Notes under the pieces: model-generated | The model's input: the letters and a program-made list of their open reading frames with translations, nothing else | Told to the model about the DNA's origin: nothing | The model's database searches: none | Program-made: the position numbers and the translations under genes | NCBI GenBank assembly: GCA_000002445.1 | Contig: AE017150.2 | Coordinates: 704,001 to 768,000, forward strand | Reading direction: 5' to 3' | From: Trypanosoma brucei | Lineage: Eukaryota | Length of the DNA stretch: 64,000 bases | In this document: piece by piece, positions 1 through 11,418 of the stretch | How positions within the stretch are numbered: position 1 is the stretch's first letter | How the letters are laid out: each line of letters begins with the position of its first letter

Positions 1-439
1 ACTTTGTTTCTTCCGGTGTGTGCAGTTGTGTGTGGGAAACAACAAGTGAAAAGTTTATTATCCTCACCTCCTTACCACCTTTTGTCAAAATATATGTATA
101 AGACAACAGATTCAAAAATAAAAAAAATCAGGGTGCTGCAGAAGTGCTGAAAAGGGCAATAAGCACACAAAGGGCCTTGGAATGCCCGAAACGGCCACTC
201 ACCAAAAAATGAAACATGCCGTTATATGGTAACTAGCAGTGCAACGTGTTATCAAATATGTCCAAGTTTTCATTTTTCACCTTTAACCGATATGTTTTTC
301 TTTGCCGTTTATCAAATTTGTAATAAAATAAGGAGCGAGAATTCACCCACGGATACAGAGGCGAAAAGAGCGGACGGTAAACCAAATGCTCATGTGGTTC
401 GGGCCCGCCATCCAGCTACGTAGCGCAAGACCTCGGAAC

Positions 440-3118
440 CTAACGCCCTTTTTGTGAAAGAAAGCTATCTGAAAGCAGAACAGCCGAGCCCTTACCACCC
501 CTCTTCTTAACATAACCACTCATTTTCTTATGCCGTTCGCCATCGCTACCATTCCGCAGGAGACGCATGGGTAAGCCACTAGAGGAATAATCTTGTGGTG
601 CGGTAACGCGCCGTGGGCATTGAGAAGGACTATGATGAACCTTCCGAAGTGAAAGCAGGCAAATGGGACAGTTCACGGCGGTGTGCAGCCCTTCGGGGAT
701 TCTGGTGCACTTTGTGTACAAGTGTCCGTACTCACCACATTTAATGCAGAACAAACTCTCTGCGTTAGCACGAATCTGCTCGCGGTCAATACGGACAGTT
801 TGGTCATCGCACGGCACCTCACCATCCACACTGTCGCCTCCAGGGAGCTTGGGACACTGAGAGATGTGATGTTTCCCACTGCAGTACGCACAACGTGCTC
901 TACTTCGATGTAGTTTCGGTCGTTGCTCGTTACGACGCCACGCATGCGGGTTAAATTCCTGAGTAGGAGCAACATTTGGAATTGAAACGATTCCGGCGTC
1001 GCCGTGAGGCGAATCGTTACCTGCTGCAATGGCATCCACTACTTCGTCCAAGGTTGTGATCACAGCCGATTCATTGGATAGTGAAGCCGCTGTGAGAGAC
1101 ATTAAATTGTTGTTATTGACTTTCTCGCACGAACTGTCATCCGATTTAGCTGTTCCTGGAAACAATGGCGGCCCCTGCGGACACACACTCCATACGTGAC
1201 CACTAGCCCCGCAGTAAACGCACACTAATTCACTAACCTCTTCGCTACGAAACCCTGTTAGGCGGCCACTGCTCCACGCTGTCACTAACTCATGCTTCCC
1301 AGGAAGAATTGCTCCCATTCCTTTGTTTAGAACATTACCCTCCTTTTCTTTCCCATGCTGTGGGAGAAGCAGAGTCGAATACGTTTCACAGTCAGAAGAT
1401 GTCCCATAACTAGTGTATAAGAGACGGTCAGCAACGCTTCTACGGTGCGCCTCCGTCAACTCGTCCCCTTCCATGCGTTGCAGAAGATGTTGCACGCCGT
1501 CCACGGTTGGTTCGTGCGCTGAATCAGGAAAATGAACAGCCGCGCACTCCAACCCAGAGCCAAAAACCAGCTGAACGACACGGGTATAACTTCCGCCGTC
1601 AACACGGGCTAATGCTTCCAGTAGAAGCCGATGCCGATATCCATACAACCCCCTGGACTCGTGGTTTTGCAGCTGTGTGGCAACTTCAGTACCTGTCTGT
1701 GTCGGTTCGTCCATGGAGTGCTCCGGGAGTGAGTGCAACAGCAGAGGTCCAGCAACCAACTCCTCTGGAGGCCCCTTCCTCAGGGAATGTTGAACGGCCA
1801 ATGGCAGATTTGCGAGCTTAGAAGGAGGGACGCAGTGCAGCTCCTGTGTGACGTTTGTCATGGCTTCCGCAAGGGAGCGGTCGTTCACGTAATCGTTAAC
1901 AACATAGAGATTAGCCGCGGCGAAGACAGCTTTAATTTCCTCATCCGACATATCATTGGTAGACACTTCGTATAAGCCAAGTTCACACGTTTCGTTAAGC
2001 TTAACCAAACGAAAGTCTAGCCTGAAGGGTTTACCAATAAGCCGACTTACTGTGCGACCCTTATCTTCACCTAATTGCGATACGGGTCTACCCGGGCACG
2101 TAGCGCGGACGTCGAGCGACACACGCAGTCGACAATCGTCACTCAGCCAAGGATGCGCCTCCAAAACGTCACCTCCTTGTAGCGACATCCGCCGGCAAAC
2201 ATTACAATTACGTTCCTCCTGCAACTGCGATGTCATGATGGGGCCACTACTCAGTTGCGCCGTTGGTGGCACTAGAAAAAGTTTTTTGAGCCGCTCCTGT
2301 TGCTCAATGGCACAATGCATGTCCGACGGCATGTGCACAGCACTGAGGTATCCTGTCACAGTGCCATGACGGAGTAACGACGCGTCTTGGATGCTGTAAA
2401 ACCCGCCAGACAGTAGCGGTTGCGGTTGTGCACAAGGTGGAAGGAATCCCCCAAGCAATATACCACTTTCATTACCTCCAAATTCACCACTGTTCCGCTC
2501 CTCTGCGAATTGTCTAACGTATGGATTCTTGAACACACGACCGCTTGCCTCTTTTAACACCTCAACTTGTTGAATTGATTGCCGCACACGGACAGAGACA
2601 CATGGCGGAAGACGGCAGAGCACCCGATACACATATCGCACGAGGTTCAAACGATGACAATTCCGAAGAAACATAAATTCCTGGGGGCAGCACGCAACAA
2701 GCGTGGTTCCCTTTCGCTGAGCCGTGATCGAGTTGAGTTGATCGGCTGAAGCGTACCGTGTTAGTGCGGGATGAATGAGTGGCAGCGCAATCCGAGGCCT
2801 GCCACAGCCCGGGGACAGTAAGTCTGTCAAACGTGTGAGAAGCGAGTCGCTCACATCGGCTGGTGACACGGGGGGAAGGGACTGCGGTGATGCGGAGAAG
2901 AGACGCGAGGCACTGCCACCGTAATCCGAAACACTGCCATTAGAACCGTTATCAGGGATATTGCATCCTGACAACTGGGATTTGGCAAAGTAGGGTAAGC
3001 CGCAAGGCTTGTACGCAGCAACAAGTGGCGATGTACGGCTTTTCACAACGCCATGGGGACCAACGGGCAACGTGCTCTGGTTGAGTAACCGCAGCGGCCG
3101 TGGCACTCGTTGTGACAT
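440..3118 (-). CDS. Hypothetical protein (about 892 aa) with three C-terminal CCHC zinc knuckles (C-x2-C-x4-H-x4-C), likely nucleic-acid binding. The N-terminal two-thirds has no recognised domain.
   Basis: Long minus-strand ORF 440..3124. Its first 'M' is a TTG codon, so the first ATG at 3118 (MSQRVP...) is taken as the start. Knuckles: CVYCGASGHVWSVC, CAYCSGKHHISQC, CIKCGEYGHLYTKC. A polypyrimidine tract lies on the coding strand upstream. Confidence 0.6.
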   Translation of the reverse strand: MSQRVPRPLRLLNQSTLPVGPHGVVKSRTSPLVAAYKPCGLPYFAKSQLSGCNIPDNGSNGSVSDYGGSASRLFSASPQSLPPVSPADVSDSLLTRLTDLLSPGCGRPRIALPLIHPALTRYASADQLNSITAQRKGTTLVACCPQEFMFLRNCHRLNLVRYVYRVLCRLPPCVSVRVRQSIQQVEVLKEASGRVFKNPYVRQFAEERNSGEFGGNESGILLGGFLPPCAQPQPLLSGGFYSIQDASLLRHGTVTGYLSAVHMPSDMHCAIEQQERLKKLFLVPPTAQLSSGPIMTSQLQEERNCNVCRRMSLQGGDVLEAHPWLSDDCRLRVSLDVRATCPGRPVSQLGEDKGRTVSRLIGKPFRLDFRLVKLNETCELGLYEVSTNDMSDEEIKAVFAAANLYVVNDYVNDRSLAEAMTNVTQELHCVPPSKLANLPLAVQHSLRKGPPEELVAGPLLLHSLPEHSMDEPTQTGTEVATQLQNHESRGLYGYRHRLLLEALARVDGGSYTRVVQLVFGSGLECAAVHFPDSAHEPTVDGVQHLLQRMEGDELTEAHRRSVADRLLYTSYGTSSDCETYSTLLLPQHGKEKEGNVLNKGMGAILPGKHELVTAWSSGRLTGFRSEEVSELVCVYCGASGHVWSVCPQGPPLFPGTAKSDDSSCEKVNNNNLMSLTAASLSNESAVITTLDEVVDAIAAGNDSPHGDAGIVSIPNVAPTQEFNPHAWRRNEQRPKLHRSRARCAYCSGKHHISQCPKLPGGDSVDGEVPCDDQTVRIDREQIRANAESLFCIKCGEYGHLYTKCTRIPEGLHTAVNCPICLLSLRKVHHSPSQCPRRVTAPQDYSSSGLPMRLLRNGSDGERHKKMSGYVKKRGGKGSAVLLSDSFLSQKGR

Positions 3119-3606
3119 GGCCAAAGATCACTAATTGTTTTTGGCAATTTAACTCCCTCCAGGGAACAAGGTTCAATTGACTCGCAGCACCTTATTCATG
3201 CAGACAAACTAATGTTGAGGACACAGTGACCGACCTTCGGTAGTGACAACGAAAGTAGAGTGTGGAATAGCCCGCGGCACAACAAAGGAACCCAACAAGG
3301 CAAAGCAGTTTTACAAGTAGCGAGAGAAAGAAAGAAACCAGCTCCTCCACATTACTCAACCATCTCTTCCCTGTTCCTTCTCCCCACCAAATCTCCCACT
3401 ATGTCCCATGTTAGAAGCAAAGCGCACACAACCTTCACTCATACCAACACTCATTTTTCACGTGACCACGCAAGCCGCCTCCGCCCCCCCCCCCCCCCCA
3501 CACACACCCCGAACACCGGTCGTGCTTGCCCACGTCCATCCAAAAGTAGTAGGGCACCTAACTAAGCCTCTTCAACTTCCTTTCACCACCGCACCGTTTG
3601 CACCGA

Positions 3607-5418
3607 TTATTGAGCCTCTGCAACCCAGAAGCAACTGCGATAACCATCGAAAACGAGCGGCCGCTGTATGGGCACCCGTCGGTGTTGCAAAAGTTTTATA
3701 CACTCTTGTGCTGCCGCCGCACCCATAACACCTGCCGTTGGAAAGGGTTCGCCACAGCCGCATCGCGCAACCTCCATGCACGCTTTCCTCATGAGACACT
3801 CATCGACTACTTTATCACTTCTACCGCTTTCGTTTAGTATTCGCTCTCCAACGATACGTATCAACTCCTCTCCATCACTCATCCACAACAGGGTATCATC
3901 CTTGTCGCCGTAGTGCACGCGACCATTTAAGGAATCCAATAAGCCAGGCCATCTTCCAAACATTTCCTCAAAGCAGCGTGCCCCCAGTAAAGCGGCGTAC
4001 AACATTACAGTGAATTGCTCGCTAGCATCAACACAATCCGAGAGATAACGTTCAAAGGATTCCCGCTGCAGCAACTCGTGAGAGTCGATATCGAGAGAGG
4101 GCGAAAACGTGGTTAGCTGCAGCGTCCAGATATTCTGGACAAGCGACCTTGTCAACGCGCTAACCTCAGTTTCCAACCCTGTTTTCTCCCCCACCAACAG
4201 TGCTGTTGATGCTGCGGTATCTGAAGTAAATTTGCCACCCATCACATTAGAGGCATTAATTGCCTCCATTGCATAACCTTGCACAACACAACAGTCATCC
4301 TCCATCTTGTTGTTGTAAATGGAACGAAGCTCTCGGTACCATTGTGTTGTTGTGTTAATATCTGGAACAAACCCGCAAAATGGTGGTACTCCATTATTTT
4401 CGGCAATAAACCTGTTGATACCATACAACACAGCCCAGGTGATGGGAGGTACGCCGCTCACCGGGAATCCTCCGCTCCAGTCAATAAAATGACCGTTCGC
4501 ACGGGGATCCCTCAGTAATTGTTCAAGAGATTCAGAGAGGCACATTGGGCGGTTAAGTATCATACGGCAGTTCTCCATTGCTTCATGGACTCCATCAGGA
4601 GGACGGTCTGAGAGGTACGGAAGTGATGACACAGCAGTGCGGAGGGTATCATAATCCGCTTTACTGCACGGTATAAATTCCGCATTCTCCTTATCACAAC
4701 GTAGACACTGGAGCGCATGATAAATCATCGCAATCCACGGCAAGTGGCCGTAGCCAGCGGGATCGGTACGGTACAAAACCTCATCTCTCGGATCATGCGC
4801 GTCGAGCCAACTGCGCAACTCAGGAAATGGATTGAATAAGCGAAGGTCTGCCACGCGCATTTCCTGCTTTGGTTCAGCATGAACAACGAGACGCTCCCGG
4901 TCCTGTATTTGAATGATGCCAGATAAACCACACGTTTGAACGTACATAAGCGGTATACTCCTCAAAGAGGCACTTTTAAGATGATCTGCCAGGCGTCGGA
5001 GGTGGGTAGCCGGAAGACGAGGCGTAGCCACAATGAGCGTAGGGAAACGTCCTACAAAGTCTCTTCCTCCAGAAGTGGATGAAATAAACGAATCGCTCCA
5101 CTCGACACAGGATTGTACACAGGCAGTACCACTACTATGAGGGTTCAATTCACACAGTCGCTTCACCAACACTTCTGATAAAGGTTTTCTTGCTGCGTAA
5201 TCGCTCAGTTCCACAAAGTAATTATTACCCAATGTATCTGCATCTACAAACGAGCCGTCCACCAGCGTGAAAAAGCCAAGCCCGGGTAGTATCATGTTCT
5301 TAAGCATTTCCACGGCGGTTGCAGTTGCCCCAAGTACCACCACGTGTGACTCCGCTAACGCCATTTGTCCCGCATGTCCCCATAGTCGCAGCTGCCTGTC
5401 ATATTTTTCATTACTCAT
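3607..5418 (-). CDS. ThiF/ubiquitin-like-activating-enzyme E1 family protein. Most like the NEDD8-activating enzyme regulatory subunit (APP-BP1/ULA1); an AOS1-like protein is the alternative.
   Basis: An N-terminal 'YDRQLRLWGHAGQ' motif is followed by a Rossmann-like 'VVVLGATATAVEMLKNMILPGLGFFTLVDG' segment typical of E1 adenylation-domain folds. The length of about 603 aa fits ULA1 better than AOS1. The ORF-track start is TTG; the ATG at 5418 (MSNEKYDRQ) is used. Confidence 0.5.
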   Translation of the reverse strand: MSNEKYDRQLRLWGHAGQMALAESHVVVLGATATAVEMLKNMILPGLGFFTLVDGSFVDADTLGNNYFVELSDYAARKPLSEVLVKRLCELNPHSSGTACVQSCVEWSDSFISSTSGGRDFVGRFPTLIVATPRLPATHLRRLADHLKSASLRSIPLMYVQTCGLSGIIQIQDRERLVVHAEPKQEMRVADLRLFNPFPELRSWLDAHDPRDEVLYRTDPAGYGHLPWIAMIYHALQCLRCDKENAEFIPCSKADYDTLRTAVSSLPYLSDRPPDGVHEAMENCRMILNRPMCLSESLEQLLRDPRANGHFIDWSGGFPVSGVPPITWAVLYGINRFIAENNGVPPFCGFVPDINTTTQWYRELRSIYNNKMEDDCCVVQGYAMEAINASNVMGGKFTSDTAASTALLVGEKTGLETEVSALTRSLVQNIWTLQLTTFSPSLDIDSHELLQRESFERYLSDCVDASEQFTVMLYAALLGARCFEEMFGRWPGLLDSLNGRVHYGDKDDTLLWMSDGEELIRIVGERILNESGRSDKVVDECLMRKACMEVARCGCGEPFPTAGVMGAAAAQECIKLLQHRRVPIQRPLVFDGYRSCFWVAEAQ

Positions 5419-6847
5419 ACAAATCGCAAACAAAAAAGGACGATAACTGTGATGGTGCTGGCGCCGAGCGGTGACTGGGGAAGGTGATCTCCCTTTTTTG
5501 TATGGACCTGAGTATATATTTTTTCCAAAAATTTTTTGACGACTCGTTTCCGCTTTTCACACCTCTCCCCCTCCCTCCACCACCAGCAAAAACAAAAAAA
5601 AAACACCGCTACAGGGGGGGGGGATGTAAATTAGCAACAGGTGAAGCAAGAGTAATAGTTAAGATATGAGAAACAGAAGAGACCATTAATGGGTAACGGA
5701 AACGGACACGCGTAAGCTAGAAGTCGGGCATATATACAAATGGTGTGGTAAACCACGTGCAATATCTGTAGGCGTGAAATAAGCTCGAGTTGTGTAAAAA
5801 CTGATACAGAAGAATGTGCTGCACAACGAGTGGCATCTAGTTGCTTTCGTCTTTCCTTTCTCTTCCTTTAGACATAACCAGTTCTTGCAATCTGAACAAT
5901 TTTTTCTCCCTTCGTTTCATTTTCATTTGTGAGTGGCACACAACAAAAAAAGTGTTGAGCTTTAAAATGCGCACGCAACTGTACACCGGTTAACACTTTC
6001 CTCCTCCAAACTATAATTGCTATCGCTGATGTTACTGCGCTCCTTCTCTCCACATAATGCCTTTTCCCCATTTTCTTTCTCCTTTTCCCTCTTTTATCTT
6101 TCCTTCAGATGCACCCACACAACTTTGTATGAAAATTTGCATTTGTGTCATTGCGTAGACAATACGCACACGAAACAGTTACGCACTAGTGAACCCTCAA
6201 ATAGCAGTGATTTCCTCCTTACCTACAGTTACACAGTTGGAAAACGGGAGGTCTCCCTCGAGCCTTCCCTTCTTCCCCTCCCTTTTGCTTTCTTTTTCTT
6301 TTTCTTTTTCTCTTTTCCTCTTCTCTCACTCCTCATCACTAGACGAGTTTGGGAATGACAGCCACAATATACATGCAACAGAAAGGACGAAATGAAGAAT
6401 AGTAGACAAACAAAGCGCAGAAAAGAAAAAAAAATCAACACACTAAAAAAAAAAAAGAAACAACTCCCCCTTCCTTTTTCCTTTTTTTTAAAAAAAAGAG
6501 CAAGCACGACGTATGCCAGCCAAATTGCACAAAAAAGGGGGTAAGTTAGATAGAACGATAAACCACGCGTGGAAGGCAAAATTGTGATGGTATTTTGCTT
6601 CGAACATCTAATACATAAACATATAAATATAAGAGCAGGGAGGGTAGGGCAAACGTGTGTCAAAGTGGCAACCATCTGACGTGTGTGCACAGTTTGGTAT
6701 AGACAAATGAACGAAAGAAGTAAGAAGGATAAATGAAAGTAAGAAAAAGAAAAGGAAGCTCAAGTCATCACGTCTAACGAAAGGATCAGCGCCACATGGT
6801 ACGAAAAATAAAACAAACACGGAATGAAGTAACGATACACCCCCCTA

Positions 6848-9800
6848 TCAATTCTTCTTCGGTGATATCGATGGTGATTCAGGAGGTGACAAGCAGATAA
6901 TATTGTTATCATTCTGTGAGTAATATTGTTGACGATGAATCAGAGCGAGTCTTTTGGAGTTGGTGCTGCTTCCACGCTCGTGATCTATGTTCAGCGTCAG
7001 CGTAGGTGGGATTATACCCTCTGCATTTACATTTAACCTGGGACGCCGCTCAGAATTAACATCAAAACGCCGAATCGCCCTTTCGAACTTATGACGGAAG
7101 TTACTCGTGAACATCGTATCATCAGCGGCCTCCTCCTTGGCCACATTTTCTGATAAACCCCTCACACTGCACTCGGAGCAAATGACACTATTATTAGTTA
7201 CCTGGAAGTACGCGTCTGATATGCTATTCGCACCACACAGTTTGCAGCGAATACATTGTGGATGGAAATGCAATTTTCCGGCTTCGACACGTGTGACGGC
7301 GTCAACGGGACAGCCACAGTAAGCACACCCGACGTGAATCTCCTCAACAACGTGGATAGGACCCGTATAGTTGAGGGAAACACCGTTGCGAGCGCGAAAG
7401 ACAGAGTATTCTTCGGCGGGAGTTAAATTAAGGGGGTTGCGAACCCTCTGTATAACGTGAGGACCGTAATAATTTTCGTAAAGGAGACCTTTCCTTTTTC
7501 TCCTGACATGCTTGCCCACCGTTCCAGCTGCGGGTTGGTGCTGAGCAGATGCTAACACCTCCTGTTTCGCAGGCTTATCCCCTTTGCTCTTTTCCAATGT
7601 CCGTTGTGGCTCCTTCCCCACATTCGGTGTGAGATCCTTCTTTTCGGAGGGATTGACAGCGGCGCTCTCCACCCTTTTCGGTCCGTCGGCGCTGGCATCC
7701 TTCGGCAATGCAAGTTCCTTTGCCATACCACCCGGACCCGCCGTCTGGGCCCTTACTCCTGCATCTGAGTGTAAAGGAGTTGGTGTAGTGGCGCTCGTTT
7801 CCGTCTCTTTCCGCTCTGGAAATCCACTACCTTCCGTATTTTTCACATCATCCTCTCTGCTACTAACTACCGCGATATCCTGTTCACCCCGGGCGCCTCC
7901 AGAAACTCCAGCGGAACCAACAGTATTGACCACTTCATCATATTCAACAACCGGGGGATTTTCTCCACTCGGAGCCTCAAGGGTCTTAATATCATCAACA
8001 GCCCCAGCGGAGGCAATTGCGTCAGTTTCTACTCCAGTAACCTCAGCAAGAGGAGCCTCAGTGTTGTTGGCGGCCCGCTCGCTCTCTAGGTCCTTGAGCA
8101 CCTCTACAGCTTCGTGGGTAGCTTTGTTTTTGTCTACGGCCTTTGCGTCATTATCGACCTCGATACCACCGGAGGTTATTGCACCATCAACTACACTGTC
8201 ATCCCTAGTCGTGTCTGCTTGGTAAACAATCTCAGACTCCTCTACCACAACGGCAGATTCAGTGCCATCAACGCTAATTGTAACCTCGGCTCCCTCGATA
8301 ACTTCTGTGGCTTCCACAGTCTCAGTGGCATTGAGAGCCTCAACAGCTTCTGCAACTTCTGTGGCTTCCACAGTCTCAGTGGCATTGAGAGCCTCAGCAG
8401 CTTCTGCAACTTCTGTGGCTTCCACAGTCTCAGTGGCATTGAGAGCCTCAACAGCTTCTGCAACTTCCATAGCTTCGACAGTCTCAGTGGCATTGAGAGC
8501 CTCAGCAGCTTCTGCAACTTCTGTGGCTTCCACAGTCTCAGTGGCATTGAGAGCCTCAGCAGTTTCTGCAACTTCTGTGGCTTCCACAGTCTCAGTGGCA
8601 TTGAGAGCCCCAGCAGTTTCTGCAACTTCTGTGGCTTCCACAGTCTCAGTGGCATTGAGAGCCTCAGCAGTTTCTGCAACTTCTGTGGCTTCCACAGTCT
8701 CAGTGGCATTGAGAGCCCCAGCAGTTTCTGCAACTTCTGTGGCTTCCACAGTCTCAGTGGCATTGAGAGCCTCAGCAGTTTCTGCAACTTCTGTGGCTTC
8801 CACAGTCTCAGTGGCATTGAGAGCCTCAGCAGCTTCTGCAACTTCTGTGGCTTCCACAGTCTCAGTGGCATTGAGAGCCTCAGCAGCTTCTGCAACTTCT
8901 GTGGCTTCCACAGTCTCAGTGGCATTGAGAGCCTCAGCAGCTTCTGCAACTTCCGTGGCTTCCACAGTCTCAGTGGCATTGAGAGCCTCAGCAGTTTCTG
9001 CAACTTCTGTGGCTTCCACAGTCTCAGTGGCATTGAGAGCCTCAACAGCTTCTGCAACTTCCGTGGCTTCCACAGTCTCAGTGGCATTGAGAGCCTCAAC
9101 AGCTTCTGCAACTTCCGTGGCTTCCACAGTCTCAGTGGCATTGAGAGCCTCAACAGCTTCTGCAACTTCCGTGGCTTCCACAGTCTCAGTGGCATTGAGA
9201 GCCTCAACAGCTTCTGCAACTTCTGTGGCTTCCACAGTCTCAGTGGCATTGAGAGCCTCAGCAGCCTCTGCAGCTTCCGTGGCTTCCACAGTCTCAGTGG
9301 CATTGAGAGCCTCAGCAGTTTCTGCAACTTCTGTGGCTTCCACAGTCTCAGTGGCATTGAGAGCCTCAACAGCTTCTGCAACTTCTGTGGCTTCCACAGT
9401 CTCAGTGGCATTGAGAGCCTCAGCAGCTTCTGCAACTTCCGTGGCTTCCACAGTCTCAGTGGCATTGAGAGCCTCAGCAGTTTCTGCAACTTCTGTGGCT
9501 TCCACAGTCTCAGTGGCATTGAGAGCCTCAGCAGTTTCTGCAACTTCTGTGGCTTCCACAGTCTCAGTGGCATTGAGAGCCTCAGCAGCTTCTGCAACTT
9601 CTGTGGCTTCCACAGTCTCAGTGGCATTGAGAGCCTCAGCAGCTTCTGCAACTTCTGTGGCTTCCACAGTCTCAGTGGCATTGAGAGCCTCAGCAGTTTC
9701 TGCAACTTCTGTGGCTTCCACAGTCTCAGTGGCATTGAGAGCCTCAGCAGCTTCTGCAACTTCTGTGGCTTCCACAGTCTCAGTGGCATTGAGAGCCTCA

Positions 9801-10563
9801 GCAGCTTCTGCAACTTCTGTGGCTTCCACAGTCTCAGTGGCATTGAGAGCCTCAGCAGTTTCTGCAACTTCTGTGGCTTCCACAGTCTCAGTGGCATTGA
9901 GAGCCTCAACAGCTTCTGCAACTTCTGTGGCTTCCACAGTCTCAGTGGCATTGAGAGCCTCAGCAGCTTCTGCAACTTCTGTGGCTTCCACAGTCTCAGT
10001 GGCATTGAGAGCCTCAACAGCTTCTGCAACTTCCGTGGCTTCCACAGTCTCAGTGGCATTGAGAGCCTCAGCAGCTTCTGCAACTTCCGTGGCTTCCACA
10101 GTCTCAGTGGCATCATCTGCTTCAACAGTTTCTGCAACTTCCATAGCTTCGACAGTCTCAGTGGCATCATCTGCTTCAACAATCTCTGAAACTTCCATGA
10201 TTTCTACAGTCTCAGCGGCATCAGTGGTTACATTGTCTGTTCCGTAGCTTTTTTTTTTAATTTCTCCAATATGATTTTCTGTATTTGTGCCACAGATGCT
10301 TCCTGGAACTTGGTGTGTTTCAGTGGTATCTGAGCTCTTGATTGCTTCAATTGTCTCGTTTTCTTTAGGGTCCATGGGTGGAGAGGCAGTTTCAAAGTTT
10401 CGTTCGTCATTTAGTGTCACGCAATCACTTGCGTCGATACCTTTCCTGGTATTGGCAAGATCAGGAGGAGACGATATGTCGTGGAGATTAACTTCATCCT
10501 CCTCAGCATTTGTGTCGGGCGCACCTTCTAAGCTTTCAGGAAAACTTCCACGACTCGAAGACA
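6848..10563 (-). CDS. Acidic tandem-repeat protein with a C-terminal LIM-type zinc finger. It carries about 33 repeats of an 18-aa unit (ATETVEATEVAEAAEALN and A/V/T variants).
   Basis: ORF 6848..10594. The annotated first codon is GTG, and an in-frame ATG at 10563 (MSSSRGSF) is the likely start. The C-terminal region around 7160-7330 encodes CAYC-x17-H-x2-C-x2-C-x2-C-x18-C-x2-C, which matches the LIM consensus exactly. Confidence 0.7.
8290..10230 (-). repeat. 54-bp tandem repeat array of about 33 copies within the coding sequence. The central copies are near-perfect and the copies at both ends are degenerate.
   Basis: The period-54 unit ctcagtggcattgagagcctcaRcagYttctgcaacttcYgtggcttccacagt is directly visible. 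All three frames are open on both strands across the array, which produces the spurious ORFs 8114..10189(+), 8262..10247(+) and 8242..10182(-). Confidence 0.9.
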
Positions 10564-11418
10564 TTACCACCGCTTCAATATGCGAATGCGGCACTATCTA
10601 GTACGGGAGCCGAGCGAAAAGTATATCTAAATACTGTGATGGTTGAACTAAGTGTGGTGGGTTCCACGGGAGGGAAAATTTAACATTAAGATGATCCGGA
10701 GTGAACGTGCATTGAAGGATGCTGTAGCAAGAAACCACAGTTTCAGGGATTTTTTTTTAAAGGCTGAAACCATACCTGACTCCTTTTCGCTTGTCTGGTG
10801 CGACGGTTGGTAACAAGGTGTAGTACGTACACACACCAAACAGAGCTCTATGGCTGGGAAGTAGACGACATGAGGAACGCGGTCACAGAACAAAACGCAC
10901 CCCACAATGAGTAAAACCGTAAAATGTAAAATGATCTGTGCTGAGATTAATTGACCAAGAAAACATTATAAGAGAACCTGTGAGCCCTTAAATCTCTTTC
11001 ATTGCTCTAATTTCTCACTTTTATTCCTTTTTGCATTTTAATACATAGTTACTTCTTTCTTCTTGTACCAACTCCAGGAGCTGAACCGCGTAAGGTCTAA
11101 AAACTAATAGTTTGTTTCCACTGCTGCAGTTTCACCTCCCCATCATATTTTTATCTTTGTTTTACGTTAGCCTCATTTTTTTCTTTATGCCCTCTGATGA
11201 CCATCCAGTTTGCACACCTCAGTTAGAAAGGTGCACTCCCCTAGTCACCTGCAGATATCGAGCCTTTCTGATCCATTTTGCCCTGTCCTGCTACTAATGT
11301 ACATCACCATGCGGACGCCAGCGGTAACATTTGCCTTACTCCCAACAAAAGTCACCGTCTTCTCATGCTACAGCTGCTCTGTTTTCCAGTGCCTAAATAC
11401 CGCACGGTACGGCACAGG

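Noticed and set aside
8290-10230. About 33 N-A-T N-glycosylation sequons, one per 18-aa repeat.
   Set aside because: The protein's N-terminus (MSSSRGSFPESLEG...) has no signal peptide or transmembrane segment, so the sequons are unlikely to be used. They are probably a coincidence of the acidic repeat.
8114-10247. Long + strand ORFs (691 aa and 661 aa) and an alternative minus-frame ORF (646 aa) over the 54-bp repeat.
   Set aside because: All frames are open because the 54-bp unit lacks stop codons. Only the minus frame contiguous with the unique N- and C-terminal coding sequence is credible.
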